64,000 nt of DNA from positions 16,390 through 80,389 of the forward strand of contig JAAZLE010000084.1 in assembly GCA_012799455.1 (NCBI GenBank), in the 5' to 3' direction. Positions 56,009 through 64,000 of this stretch are shown in pieces (position 1 is the stretch's first letter; every line of letters starts with the position of its first letter). Made by a program: the position numbers and the translations under genes. The notes below the pieces were generated by a model. It was not told where the DNA came from. It was given only the letters and a program-made list of their open reading frames with translations, and made no database searches. Source of the stretch: Clostridiales bacterium. GTDB taxonomy: Bacteria; Bacillota; Clostridia; Christensenellales; DTU072.

Positions 56009-56977
56009 ATGGAAATTAGAAGCATTCTTACAAAAAACAAATTTAGATTTAAGAAGTCTTTAGGACAAAATTTTATAACAGATACGAGTTTACTTGATGC
56101 AGTTGTTTCAGATGCAGGCATAACCGAGGAAGATGTAGTTTTTGAGATAGGTACTGGTGCGGGGACTTTAACTAGGGCCATAGCAAAGGTAGCAAAAAAG
56201 GTTATTTCATTTGATGTAGATATGTCGTTAAAAAGCATTTTAAGTGAAACTCTATCAGATTTTCCAAATATTGAGATGCACTACAGGGATGTTATGAAAT
56301 TATCGGACGATGATATTCTAAACTTAACTAAAGGAGACTTTAAGATAGTTGCTAATATACCGTATAACATCACAACACCACTGTTAATGCGATTTATAGA
56401 GAGCGATTTACCTTTGAAATCGATAACTGTTATGGTGCAAGAAGAAATAGCAAATAGATTAACAGCAAGCCCCGGGACTTCGGATTATGGTGCAATAACA
56501 ATTGGAATTTCACTGAAAGGAGATGTAAGAAAAACTCGCAGAGTAAATAGGCACGTTTTTTATCCTGTTCCCAATGTTGATAGCGCTGTTGTTAGAATAG
56601 ATATTAATCCCAAGAAGTATGTGTTTAAGGATGAAAAAACACTGAAGACGCTTATTAGGTCAGGCTTTCATATGCGTAGAAAAACATTTGTTAACAATGT
56701 TGTCAATGTATTCCCTAACTTAATAAAGGAAGAAATAACTAACATTCTAAAAAGCTTTGGTTACGATGAGAACATTAGAGGAGAAGACCTTTCTACGGAG
56801 GATTACATAAAAATAGCTGATATAATATTCGAATCTAAAATACAACAGAAAGAGAATACTGTTCAGCCAGAAATATACGAAGATGATATGTACTTTGATG
56901 AAGAATTTTTCTCACTTAAAGAAGGCGAAGAAATACCAGTTGAATCAAGAATAGATATAATAGATTATGAAAAATAG
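56009..56977 (+). CDS. rsmA: 16S rRNA (adenine1518/1519-N6)-dimethyltransferase with an acidic C-terminal extension
   Basis: KKSLGQNF, SAM motif EIGTGAGTLT and NIPYNITT. RBS AGGAGA. Confidence 0.92.
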   Translation: MEIRSILTKNKFRFKKSLGQNFITDTSLLDAVVSDAGITEEDVVFEIGTGAGTLTRAIAKVAKKVISFDVDMSLKSILSETLSDFPNIEMHYRDVMKLSDDDILNLTKGDFKIVANIPYNITTPLLMRFIESDLPLKSITVMVQEEIANRLTASPGTSDYGAITIGISLKGDVRKTRRVNRHVFYPVPNVDSAVVRIDINPKKYVFKDEKTLKTLIRSGFHMRRKTFVNNVVNVFPNLIKEEITNILKSFGYDENIRGEDLSTEDYIKIADIIFESKIQQKENTVQPEIYEDDMYFDEEFFSLKEGEEIPVESRIDIIDYEK

Positions 56978-56993
56978 TACGAAGAATTAAAAG

Positions 56994-58637
56994 ATGCCCT
57001 CAATATTATTATCAACAATAACACGAAATCCTAAAGACGTTTGGCAGGCTTATTTGGTGCTAGTTGTTTATATAGCACTTATTGTAGCAATTGCGTTGTA
57101 TACTAGAAAAAAAGCCAAGACCTTAGATGGTTTCCTATTAGGGAATAGATCTGTAGGGGGCTGGCTGAGTGCTTTTGGGTATGGAACAACATATTTTTCA
57201 GCTGTTGTTTTTGTAGGGTATGCTGGAACTTTTGGGATGAATATAGGTCTGGCTGGGGTTTGGATAGGAATAGCAAATGCTATATTAGGCTCATTATTAG
57301 CTTGGCTAGTACTAGCAAAGAAAACTAGAGAATATACAAACAAAGTAAAGGCGCAAACTATGCCACAGTTTTTTGAAAAAAGATATTCGTCATATGGGCT
57401 TAAAGTTTTTTCAGCTGTGATAATTTTTATATTACTAATTCCTTATTCTACTTCTGTTTACCAAGGAATAGGATATATATTTGAAGCTGTTTTTGGATTG
57501 AAATTTGAATATTGTGTCATTATTATGGCAGTGGTTACTGCTCTATATGTGTTTTTAGGTGGTTATTTAGGGAATGCTATTAGCAATTTTGTACAGGGAA
57601 TTATCATGCTTGGTGGCATAGTTTTAATCATTGTTTTAATGTTAATGTCTGAAAAAGTAAATGGGATCGAAGGATTGAAGGTATTGACTGACAGGGGTTT
57701 TGGATTTTTTCCAAAACCTGATTCATCAAAATATTTCTTTGATAGACCTGCAGTTATGCTGATAACAAATATACTATTGACTTCATTTGGAGTATGGGCA
57801 GTGCCACAGTCAGTACAGAAATTCTACGCCATTAAGGACGATAAGGCTATTATGCGAGGAACTATAATATCTACACTTTTCGCTCTAATTGTTGGCGGCG
57901 GTGCATATTTTAATGGTGGATTTGCGCGGCTTTTTTATCCAGAGATGCCAGCAGAGGGACCTGCGCAAGTAATACCCAATATGTTTATGAGTAATGAATA
58001 TATGGGATTTGCAGTATTAGGCCTTATTTGCGTTCTAGTACTCGCAGCGAGTATGTCAACTCTTTCATCGTTGTCATTGGTTTCTGCATCTTCTGTGGGT
58101 GTAGATATGTATAAAGGCGTTATAAAAAAAGATGCTTCAGATAAGAGTGTGAGGAACTTGGTAAGCATTTTGAGTGTTGTGTTTGTAATGCTCTCCGCAG
58201 TTTTAGCCATCTTGAGAGTGGAGGCAATAGTTACTCTTATGTCGCTATCATGGGGAACCATATCAGGATGTTTTATTGGTCCATATATTTATGGATTATA
58301 TACAAAAAAAGCTTCCAAAGTGGGTGCATATATATCAATGATTACAACCCTGGTGATAACAATAGTTTTAATATTTGTATTTGGAGCTATAGGGGGAGGA
58401 CAGAAATTTAGTGAATTAATTTCTTTAGGAGTTAAGAGAGCGCCAGTTATAGGAGTAATTTGCATGATTTTATCTATGCTAGTGACACCAATTGGATTCT
58501 TTTTTCAAGATAAGGATATAGAAGAAGTAAAAACTATTCCATATGATGAAACTTTTCGCGAAAGTATAGATGAAATGGAATCTTTATCAAACAATAATGA
58601 TAAGGGCACTGAAATGTCCGCGAAAAAAGAAGTTTAG
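56994..58637 (+). CDS. sodium:solute symporter family (SSF) transporter
   Basis: About 13 hydrophobic segments. The N-terminal FLLGNRSVGGWLSAFGYGTTYFSA motif is typical of PutP/PanF/SglT-like SSF permeases. Substrate unknown. Confidence 0.75.
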   Translation: MPSILLSTITRNPKDVWQAYLVLVVYIALIVAIALYTRKKAKTLDGFLLGNRSVGGWLSAFGYGTTYFSAVVFVGYAGTFGMNIGLAGVWIGIANAILGSLLAWLVLAKKTREYTNKVKAQTMPQFFEKRYSSYGLKVFSAVIIFILLIPYSTSVYQGIGYIFEAVFGLKFEYCVIIMAVVTALYVFLGGYLGNAISNFVQGIIMLGGIVLIIVLMLMSEKVNGIEGLKVLTDRGFGFFPKPDSSKYFFDRPAVMLITNILLTSFGVWAVPQSVQKFYAIKDDKAIMRGTIISTLFALIVGGGAYFNGGFARLFYPEMPAEGPAQVIPNMFMSNEYMGFAVLGLICVLVLAASMSTLSSLSLVSASSVGVDMYKGVIKKDASDKSVRNLVSILSVVFVMLSAVLAILRVEAIVTLMSLSWGTISGCFIGPYIYGLYTKKASKVGAYISMITTLVITIVLIFVFGAIGGGQKFSELISLGVKRAPVIGVICMILSMLVTPIGFFFQDKDIEEVKTIPYDETFRESIDEMESLSNNNDKGTEMSAKKEV

Positions 58638-58668
58638 TTACGGTTTTAATAAGTATTTAGGTTGTGCG

Positions 58669-59235
58669 TTAAAGGACGAACCCGTAAAACACAATACCTA
58701 TCGCTGCCGATATAAGAATGTAAAAAACAGGGTGAATTTTTTTGAAGAAACGCATTCCTAAAAAGGATAAAACCATGATTATAAGACCAAGCCAGTTAAA
58801 ACTAGGCTTGCCCGTAAGCTCATTCGAAATAATTATAGTTGAGTAGGCAATAGATATAAAAGCAGTAAAGATTAATGCAATTGCCGACGCTCTTAAAAAT
58901 GACATAACCCCCAAAACATATGGGTTTGTAGCAAATTTTTTCCCGACATAATAGATAAAAAGTATTATGATAAATGGGGGGATTAAAATTCCCATGGAAG
59001 CACAAAAAACACCAAGAGCTCCTCCCATGTTATATCCTACAAATGTGCTTATATTTACTGAAAAAGGCCCAGGAGTACTTTCTGCAATGCCAATAAAATT
59101 AATTAGCATGTCTTGTGTCATCCAACCTTTTTCTGTGACAGTTGATTGAATGAGTGGAATCATGGCATATCCGCCACCGATGGTAAAAAATGATATTTTC
59201 ATGAATGACAGAAACAAATCAAGATATATATTCAT
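58669..59235 (-). CDS. chrA: chromate transporter family protein (short-chain CHR, second half)
   Basis: FFTIGGGYAMIPL...ESTPGP signature. Four-nt overlap with the upstream partner. Confidence 0.8.
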   Translation of the reverse strand: MNIYLDLFLSFMKISFFTIGGGYAMIPLIQSTVTEKGWMTQDMLINFIGIAESTPGPFSVNISTFVGYNMGGALGVFCASMGILIPPFIIILFIYYVGKKFATNPYVLGVMSFLRASAIALIFTAFISIAYSTIIISNELTGKPSFNWLGLIIMVLSFLGMRFFKKIHPVFYILISAAIGIVFYGFVL

Positions 59236-60074
59236 TTGTTACCCCCATTTTTACTATTAAACGATTGGTCATTTTCAGGGTTTTTATTTTGTAAGTTTTC
59301 TACATTAATGTCTTGTTCAACGGAAGATGCCCAATTTTTCTCGTGAGATAATATATTACAATTTCTCTCTAATTCTTGGTCAGTTAACACGTTCGCTGGG
59401 CGGTTAGCGGTGTTATCTTCGTTGTTGCCTATTGGATCTATAGCTTTATTTGAATCTTTTTTCTTTTTGACCGCTATGTCAATAGTGGTGTATATAAATC
59501 CGATAACCATTGTTCCTAATATTATGAAAATGTTATCAAAATGAATTATTTCAAAACTAGCCAGGAGGGATAGGGTCATAGATAGGATAAGGATAGCCCA
59601 GATAGCAGGCCTCCGTTCTGTTTTCAGAAATTTACCTAAGTTCAAAACAGCATTTAATATTAGCGCTGCTACAGCTCCACGCATGCCTAATCCTGCCCAA
59701 TAAAGATATTGGCTGTCAGCAAAATAATTATAGAGTAAAGATATCCCGACGATAATAAGTACTGATGGTAACATTGATGCAAGGGATGCAACTAAAGCGC
59801 CCAAAAAACCTGCAATTTTAGCTCCTATAAACGTTGATGCGTTCAAAGCTATTGCTCCCGGAGTAGATTCTGCGATTGCTACTATATTTAACATTTCTTC
59901 GTGAGTAATCCATTTCTTTTTTTCTGCAACATTGCGTTCCATGACGGAAATCATCGCATAACCGCCACCAAAAGTTATGGCTCCGATTTTAAAGAAGGTC
60001 CAAGCTAGTTGAATCAAGTTATAAAAATAAGTTTTAAGATTTTTATTGTTTTTCATTAGTATATTATCTATCAA
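59232..60074 (-). CDS. chrA: chromate transporter family protein (short-chain CHR, first half) with a ~80-aa hydrophilic C-terminal tail
   Basis: FFKIGAITFGGGYAMISV...AESTPGAIA signature. The start is uncertain (TTG at 60074 or ATG at 60056); neither has a clear SD. Confidence 0.75.
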   Translation of the reverse strand: MIDNILMKNNKNLKTYFYNLIQLAWTFFKIGAITFGGGYAMISVMERNVAEKKKWITHEEMLNIVAIAESTPGAIALNASTFIGAKIAGFLGALVASLASMLPSVLIIVGISLLYNYFADSQYLYWAGLGMRGAVAALILNAVLNLGKFLKTERRPAIWAILILSMTLSLLASFEIIHFDNIFIILGTMVIGFIYTTIDIAVKKKKDSNKAIDPIGNNEDNTANRPANVLTDQELERNCNILSHEKNWASSVEQDINVENLQNKNPENDQSFNSKNGGNK

Positions 60075-60177
60075 ACAATTGCGTTAGACAACAAAAATAG
60101 ATTAGTATTCATAATTTTAGAAGACAAACAAACTTAGAAGTTTTATTTTTGGTGATTTAAAAAGATTAGTTGAAAAT

Positions 60178-60939
60178 TTAGTTATCTTTTTTTGGTTCTA
60201 TGATACTTAACCTATCGGGGTGAGTTATTGCTGAAAAGATACTATCTCTCATGTCTGGGAAATCGTTTGAAATGGTTGTAAGTGCATCTCGGGTTTTTTG
60301 GCGCATACTAGTCTTATCTAAAGCGCAAGGATTGGTGATAGTAGGGAGTTTGAGATCTTCGATTAATGTTTTTATAAGGGATTCATCTACATAGATCATA
60401 GGTCGTATTAAAGTAATTTGCATACGATCCATATAAGAAACTGGTTGGAATGTATACAATCTATTTTCTTGAAAAAGTGACATCACGAAGGTGTCTACAA
60501 AATCATCTTTATGGTGTCCAAGGGCGAGTTTAGTTGCGCCTATCTTTACGCATTCAGCATTAAGAGCTCCTCGTCTCATATTGGCACATAAACTGCATGG
60601 ATTAGATTCTTGTCGGATATTAAAAACAACATCATATATATTTGTTCTAACAAGGTAAAATGGTATTGATAAATCTGCACAAAGTTTTTCGATGATGGCA
60701 AATCGTGTTAAGTCATTGCTTGGGAATCCTAGGTCTACGGTTATTGCAGAAAGACGGAATTTAATAGGGCTATATTTTTGCAAGTTTGACAATCCTACTA
60801 ACAAAGCTATGCTATCTTTACCGCCTGAAACTGCTACTGCAACATGTTCATCATTCTTAATCATGTCGAAGTCTTGTACGGCGCGCCGCATAGAGCCTGC
60901 AATTTTATATAGAGTTTTATTTTTAAGTGACTGTTTCAT
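60178..60939 (-). CDS. ttcA: PP-loop ATPase, TtcA-like tRNA thiolation enzyme
   Basis: PP-loop SGGKDS, CSLC and a later NPC...D pattern. 253 aa. Confidence 0.75.
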   Translation of the reverse strand: MKQSLKNKTLYKIAGSMRRAVQDFDMIKNDEHVAVAVSGGKDSIALLVGLSNLQKYSPIKFRLSAITVDLGFPSNDLTRFAIIEKLCADLSIPFYLVRTNIYDVVFNIRQESNPCSLCANMRRGALNAECVKIGATKLALGHHKDDFVDTFVMSLFQENRLYTFQPVSYMDRMQITLIRPMIYVDESLIKTLIEDLKLPTITNPCALDKTSMRQKTRDALTTISNDFPDMRDSIFSAITHPDRLSIIEPKKDN

Positions 60940-60960
60940 TGAATAGAACTTTTTTAAAAC

Positions 60961-60989
60961 AACGAGGGTTTTATAGCCAAACCCTCGTT
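60961..60989 (-). terminator. stem-loop immediately downstream of tRNA-Gln
   Basis: An 11-bp stem, AACGAGGGTTT/AAACCCTCGTT, with a 7-nt loop. On the minus strand it is followed by GTTTTAAAAAAG, a short T-tract. Confidence 0.55.
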
Positions 60990-60991
60990 AT

Positions 60992-61065
60992 TGGCAGGAG
61001 CAGTAAGAATCGAACTTACATCAAAGGGGTCAGAGTCCTTTGTGTTGCCATTACACCATGCTCCA
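60992..61065 (-). tRNA. tRNA-Gln (anticodon CUG), CCA encoded
   Basis: Manual fold of the reverse complement: UGGAGCA-UG-GUGU-AAUGGCA-ACAC-A-AAGGA-CUCUGAC-CCCUU-UGAU-GUAAG-UUCGAUU-CUUAC-UGCUCCU-G-CCA. It has U8, GG in the D-loop, U33, A37 and the T-loop UUCGAUU. Positions 1:72 (U.U) and 31:39 (A.C) are not Watson-Crick. Confidence 0.75.
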
Positions 61066-61095
61066 TCGCTTTTATACACTAATTATTTTGGAAAG

Positions 61096-61305
61096 TTAAT
61101 TTTTACTTACTGCAGCTTCATTCAAAGATTTGACCATAGTGTCTATATTGATTCCATGCGACATAGCTGCTTGTCCAACAGTTTCTTGCCTTGCAAGAGC
61201 GCATCCTAAACAATGCATCCCATATCCGCGTAATACCTGTGCCATAGCTTGAGTATTCCCAGACTGCAATGCTTCTAATAGTGGTGTGTCTTTAGTTATT
61301 TTCAT
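61096..61305 (-). CDS. DUF1858 / hybrid-cluster-protein-associated redox disulfide protein (~69 aa)
   Basis: MKITKDTPLLEALQ...GMHCLGCALARQETVGQAAMSHGINIDTMVKSLNEA matches the small GMHCLGC family. The ATG at 61305 has GGAGG 7 nt upstream. The ORF-track start at 61374 is an extension. Confidence 0.8.
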   Translation of the reverse strand: MKITKDTPLLEALQSGNTQAMAQVLRGYGMHCLGCALARQETVGQAAMSHGINIDTMVKSLNEAAVSKN

Positions 61306-61438
61306 TCGATTGCCTCCAGATGGTATATGTAATTTGTTAACGTAATTAGTATAATTAAATAACCTGAAAAACACAACTGATTAAAGCATTATATTGCGTA
61401 CATGATTGTATTACTCAAATGTAATAATAATTGGAAAT

Positions 61439-62392
61439 TTATGTAAATACATTTAATGCTATTGGTATCGTTAGAATAGATAATATAGTTGATATTACGA
61501 CCATCTTTGTGGGGGTTTTAGCCGATCTGCCTAGTTTGTTCGAAAACATTAGTAAGTTATTCGCAGAAGGAACCGCAGCCGCGGTGATTATATTAACAGT
61601 TATTTGGGTAAAATCTAAAAAATAAGATAAAATAGAAATTAAGGCAAAGGCAAGAACTGGAGAAATACAAAGCTTAATGAAGGAAGAAAAATATACTTTT
61701 GGATCAGATACAAGCTCTTTTAATGAAATGTCTGACATTTCTAACCCCACTAAAATCATTGCAAGAGGACCCATCATGGTCGCAAATAAATTAATTAGGT
61801 TTTGAAGGCCTGGTAATGGGTATTTAACAAAGTTTATATTGAGGATATAGAAGGGTAGTGTAGCAAGCAATGAGATGGTTGCTGGATTAAAAATAGCCTT
61901 TTTAATATTCATGTTTCGTTTATCGCCTGAAAGAAGGTATATACCAAAAGACCATGATACTAAATTGAATGCTGTGATTGCTGATGCTGCATATAATATG
62001 ACTAAGTAGTTGCCCGGGAATAAAAGTTGCAAGAAGGGAATGGCCATATATCCCATATTACCAAACGCTCCAGCATAACTAATGCTCCTTTTATCCTCAA
62101 TAGTTGCTTTTTTAAATATGAATTTGGTTAGCAATTTGCCTATTAGAGCCATGATTATAATAAAAAAAGCTATAAACAAAAAAATTTTTAGCATATTAAA
62201 CAAAACATTTAAATCGAAATCTTGTTTTAAAAACGCATTAAACGTAACAAAAGGCTGGCAAACATATAGTAAGAAAACAGATAAAAATGTGACTGCTTGT
62301 TCTTTTACAACCAAATGGGTTTTTGCAATAATAAAACCTGGAATCGCCATAAGAAGCAGCAGCGCTACACTTTTAAAACTTTCAAAAATCAT
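61439..62392 (-). CDS. AEC (auxin efflux carrier) family permease
   Basis: 317 aa with about 10 TM segments in two halves separated by a short loop. The general pattern resembles malate/malonate-type AEC transporters. Confidence 0.7.
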   Translation of the reverse strand: MIFESFKSVALLLLMAIPGFIIAKTHLVVKEQAVTFLSVFLLYVCQPFVTFNAFLKQDFDLNVLFNMLKIFLFIAFFIIIMALIGKLLTKFIFKKATIEDKRSISYAGAFGNMGYMAIPFLQLLFPGNYLVILYAASAITAFNLVSWSFGIYLLSGDKRNMNIKKAIFNPATISLLATLPFYILNINFVKYPLPGLQNLINLFATMMGPLAMILVGLEMSDISLKELVSDPKVYFSSFIKLCISPVLAFALISILSYFLDFTQITVNIITAAAVPSANNLLMFSNKLGRSAKTPTKMVVISTILSILTIPIALNVFT

Positions 62393-63120
62393 TTATCAAT
62401 CGCTCCATATGTTTTGAGTAAAAGTTCTAACTCGCGTAATTCACGATATATTTTATTTACATTGGTTAGAGTGTAACTTAAGCCAATCCACGCTATATTT
62501 GTTACAATGGGGTCGTTTATTTCTAAGATATGCAAAAAGCCATTAAGCATCTTTAAAGAATCCTTTCTTAGAGTTTCGCTAATGCTATTATCACCAATAA
62601 CAGAATCTATCATTATTCTTATCCAATAATCACAATCTTCACGAACTTTATCAACAAGCGGTTTGGTTTGATTTGTATCTATTGTAAGATTGAAATCTAT
62701 AGGAACTTTTTCGCCTGTAATTAGGCGGGTGAAACTCTCGGAAAAGGGTATTAGGATATTTCTACAAAATTGGATGTAAGAATCATGCGTATGTTCCGAC
62801 GGAAAAAATGTAGTAACAAAGTCTACTATAGATAAGTTCCCTTTATCAAACTCAAATAGCAAACCTGTGACTAATGACACGATTCTCGCATCTGAAGGAG
62901 GAAGGACGAACCGCTTGCCATCAGAAGTCATAATACAGGATTTTTGAAATTCATTAGAAAAAGAGGCGGTTTTCGCCGCATCTCTTAGAATAGAGAAATA
63001 GTCTTGTCTGCTTACAAGTGTTTTTAACAATTCAGAGATGGGTTTATCCACTAAAATTAAACGTGAATTGTAGCAAGCATTAATTCTTTCATCAAATTGT
63101 TGAAGTATATTATTGTCCAT
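62389..63120 (-). CDS. hypothetical cytoplasmic protein (243 aa), no recognised domain
   Basis: The ATG at 63120 has GAGGGG upstream. The stop overlaps the AEC start (ATGA at 62389-62392). No TM segment or signal peptide. Confidence 0.6.
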   Translation of the reverse strand: MDNNILQQFDERINACYNSRLILVDKPISELLKTLVSRQDYFSILRDAAKTASFSNEFQKSCIMTSDGKRFVLPPSDARIVSLVTGLLFEFDKGNLSIVDFVTTFFPSEHTHDSYIQFCRNILIPFSESFTRLITGEKVPIDFNLTIDTNQTKPLVDKVREDCDYWIRIMIDSVIGDNSISETLRKDSLKMLNGFLHILEINDPIVTNIAWIGLSYTLTNVNKIYRELRELELLLKTYGAIDK

Positions 63121-63416
63121 GAAACCCCTCATTAAGGTGGTAAATATATGATAACACAGTAATAAATAAAAGTCTTGCAATGTATAATGTATTTAAAGGT
63201 ATTTAAATATTTTGTATGATGTAGTATAATTAGAGAATAGTCTACAATGAGACAATGTTCGACAAGTTAAGAGTAGACTTTTACAAAGTACATTTCGCAG
63301 TTAATGATGGATTATCAATTAGTACTTGCAAAATTCAGTTACAAAAATTATAATATAAATGATTTGTAGCCTTGGCTACGGTTTGAAATTGTAAAATACG
63401 GGAGATTTGTATAGAT

Positions 63417-64000
63417 ATGAAAATAATCAAACTCATAAAAAACAACCAGCTATTCAGTAATTTTGAAGACAGTGAGGTTAATAGTATCTTTGATTGTCTA
63501 AAAGGTAGGATATTAAAGTGCTCAAGGGGCCGTATAATATATGCACAAGACGATGAGGTAAGTGAGATAGGAATTGTTTTACAGGGCAGTGCTGCTAAAT
63601 TTATAACAAGGGAAGATGGTAGAAAGGAAGTTGTGGAGATTCTCGGAGAGGGCGAAATGTTTGGCGAGATAGATGGTTATAATCCCGAAAAGAAAGCTAA
63701 ATACTCAGTTATTGCAGCAGAAGAATGCACAATTCTTTATATTACTATTTTAACAATTGTAAGACAATGTGAGAAAAACTGCACCTTTCACCAAAAACTT
63801 TTAGAAAATACGTTACAATATATGGCTAGGCGAATTCATACAATGCATAAAGATGCAGAGTACTTAAAAGAGAAAAGTATGAGAGTTAAAATCGCAAAAT
63901 TAATATACGAGAAATATGTGGAACAAGATACTTTAAATGTGAGGCTAGGTATTAACAGAAATGAAATGGCTGAATATTTGAATGTTTCGAGACCCTCAAT
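63417..64000 (+). CDS. Crp/Fnr-family transcriptional regulator (3' end runs off the window)
   Basis: Missing from the ORF track because it is open to the window edge. Manual translation gives MKIIKLIKNNQLFSNFEDSEVNSIFDCL...LGEGEMFGEIDG (cNMP-binding fold) ...INRNEMAEYLNVSRPS (start of the HTH). Confidence 0.8.
   Translation, partial: MKIIKLIKNNQLFSNFEDSEVNSIFDCLKGRILKCSRGRIIYAQDDEVSEIGIVLQGSAAKFITREDGRKEVVEILGEGEMFGEIDGYNPEKKAKYSVIAAEECTILYITILTIVRQCEKNCTFHQKLLENTLQYMARRIHTMHKDAEYLKEKSMRVKIAKLIYEKYVEQDTLNVRLGINRNEMAEYLNVSRPS

Noticed and set aside
58570-58761. 63-aa plus-strand ORF bridging the end of the SSF transporter gene and the chrA 3' end
   Set aside because: It is off-frame within one gene and antisense to another, with no signals.
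58669-60074. Split chromate transporter read as a possible frameshifted pseudogene
   Set aside because: Each half has its own complete CHR signature (GGGYAM...ESTPG), and the two genes overlap by 4 nt. This is the established short-chain CHR two-gene arrangement, not a disruption.
60991-61209. 72-aa plus-strand ORF (MAGAVRIELTSKGSESF...)
   Set aside because: Its 5' part is the antisense reading of the tRNA-Gln gene, and the rest is antisense to the DUF1858 gene. This is a typical tRNA-derived artefact ORF.
1-64000. Looked for CRISPR arrays, tandem DNA repeats, IS elements, integrases, phage, toxin-antitoxin or known defence genes
   Set aside because: I saw no regularly spaced direct repeats and no transposase, recombinase or RT-like ORFs in any frame. 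The only repeats present are at protein level, inside the giant gene.

Overview
64-kb chromosomal segment from a low-GC, Firmicutes/Clostridia-like bacterium. It uses the standard genetic code (TGA acts as a stop, e.g. at 28967-28969). Genes have strong Shine-Dalgarno sites, and several promoters are near-consensus sigma-70 type (TTGACA-like, 17-18 nt spacer, TATAAT). I can support about 45 protein genes, two of them truncated by the window edges and absent from the ORF track, plus one tRNA. I saw no rRNA, CRISPR array, transposase, integrase or phage genes. Most of the window is housekeeping: glycolysis (pgk-tpiA-gpmI, fba, gap), leuS/tyrS/metG, rho, prs, ilvE, luxS, RNA-modification enzymes (dus, rsmI, rsmA, a TrmN6-like enzyme, a TtcA-like enzyme), and the metG-tatD-radical SAM-rsmA cluster. 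Four loci are accessory or poorly explained. (1) 928-14748: a 3,634-aa lipobox-anchored surface protein (Ig-like domain, Listeria-Bacteroides repeats, about 2,500 aa of BspA-type LRR) followed by an orphan ~900-aa lipoprotein. (2) 25991-30930: a heterodimeric ABC exporter whose first subunit carries a ~420-aa insertion between TM1 and TM2. (3) 43547-48479: a membrane-anchored orphan protein upstream of a MacB/FtsX-type ABC pair. (4) 61096-64000: an orphan protein translationally coupled to an AEC permease, next to a DUF1858 redox protein and a divergent Crp/Fnr regulator. Smaller oddities are a tRNA-Gln with two non-Watson-Crick stem positions, a candidate leaderless mRNA, leuS and tyrS leaders with no recognisable T-box, and low-complexity extensions on LuxS, Rho, RsmA and a ChrA half-protein. 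All functional calls come from motif recognition by eye; no database search was possible.
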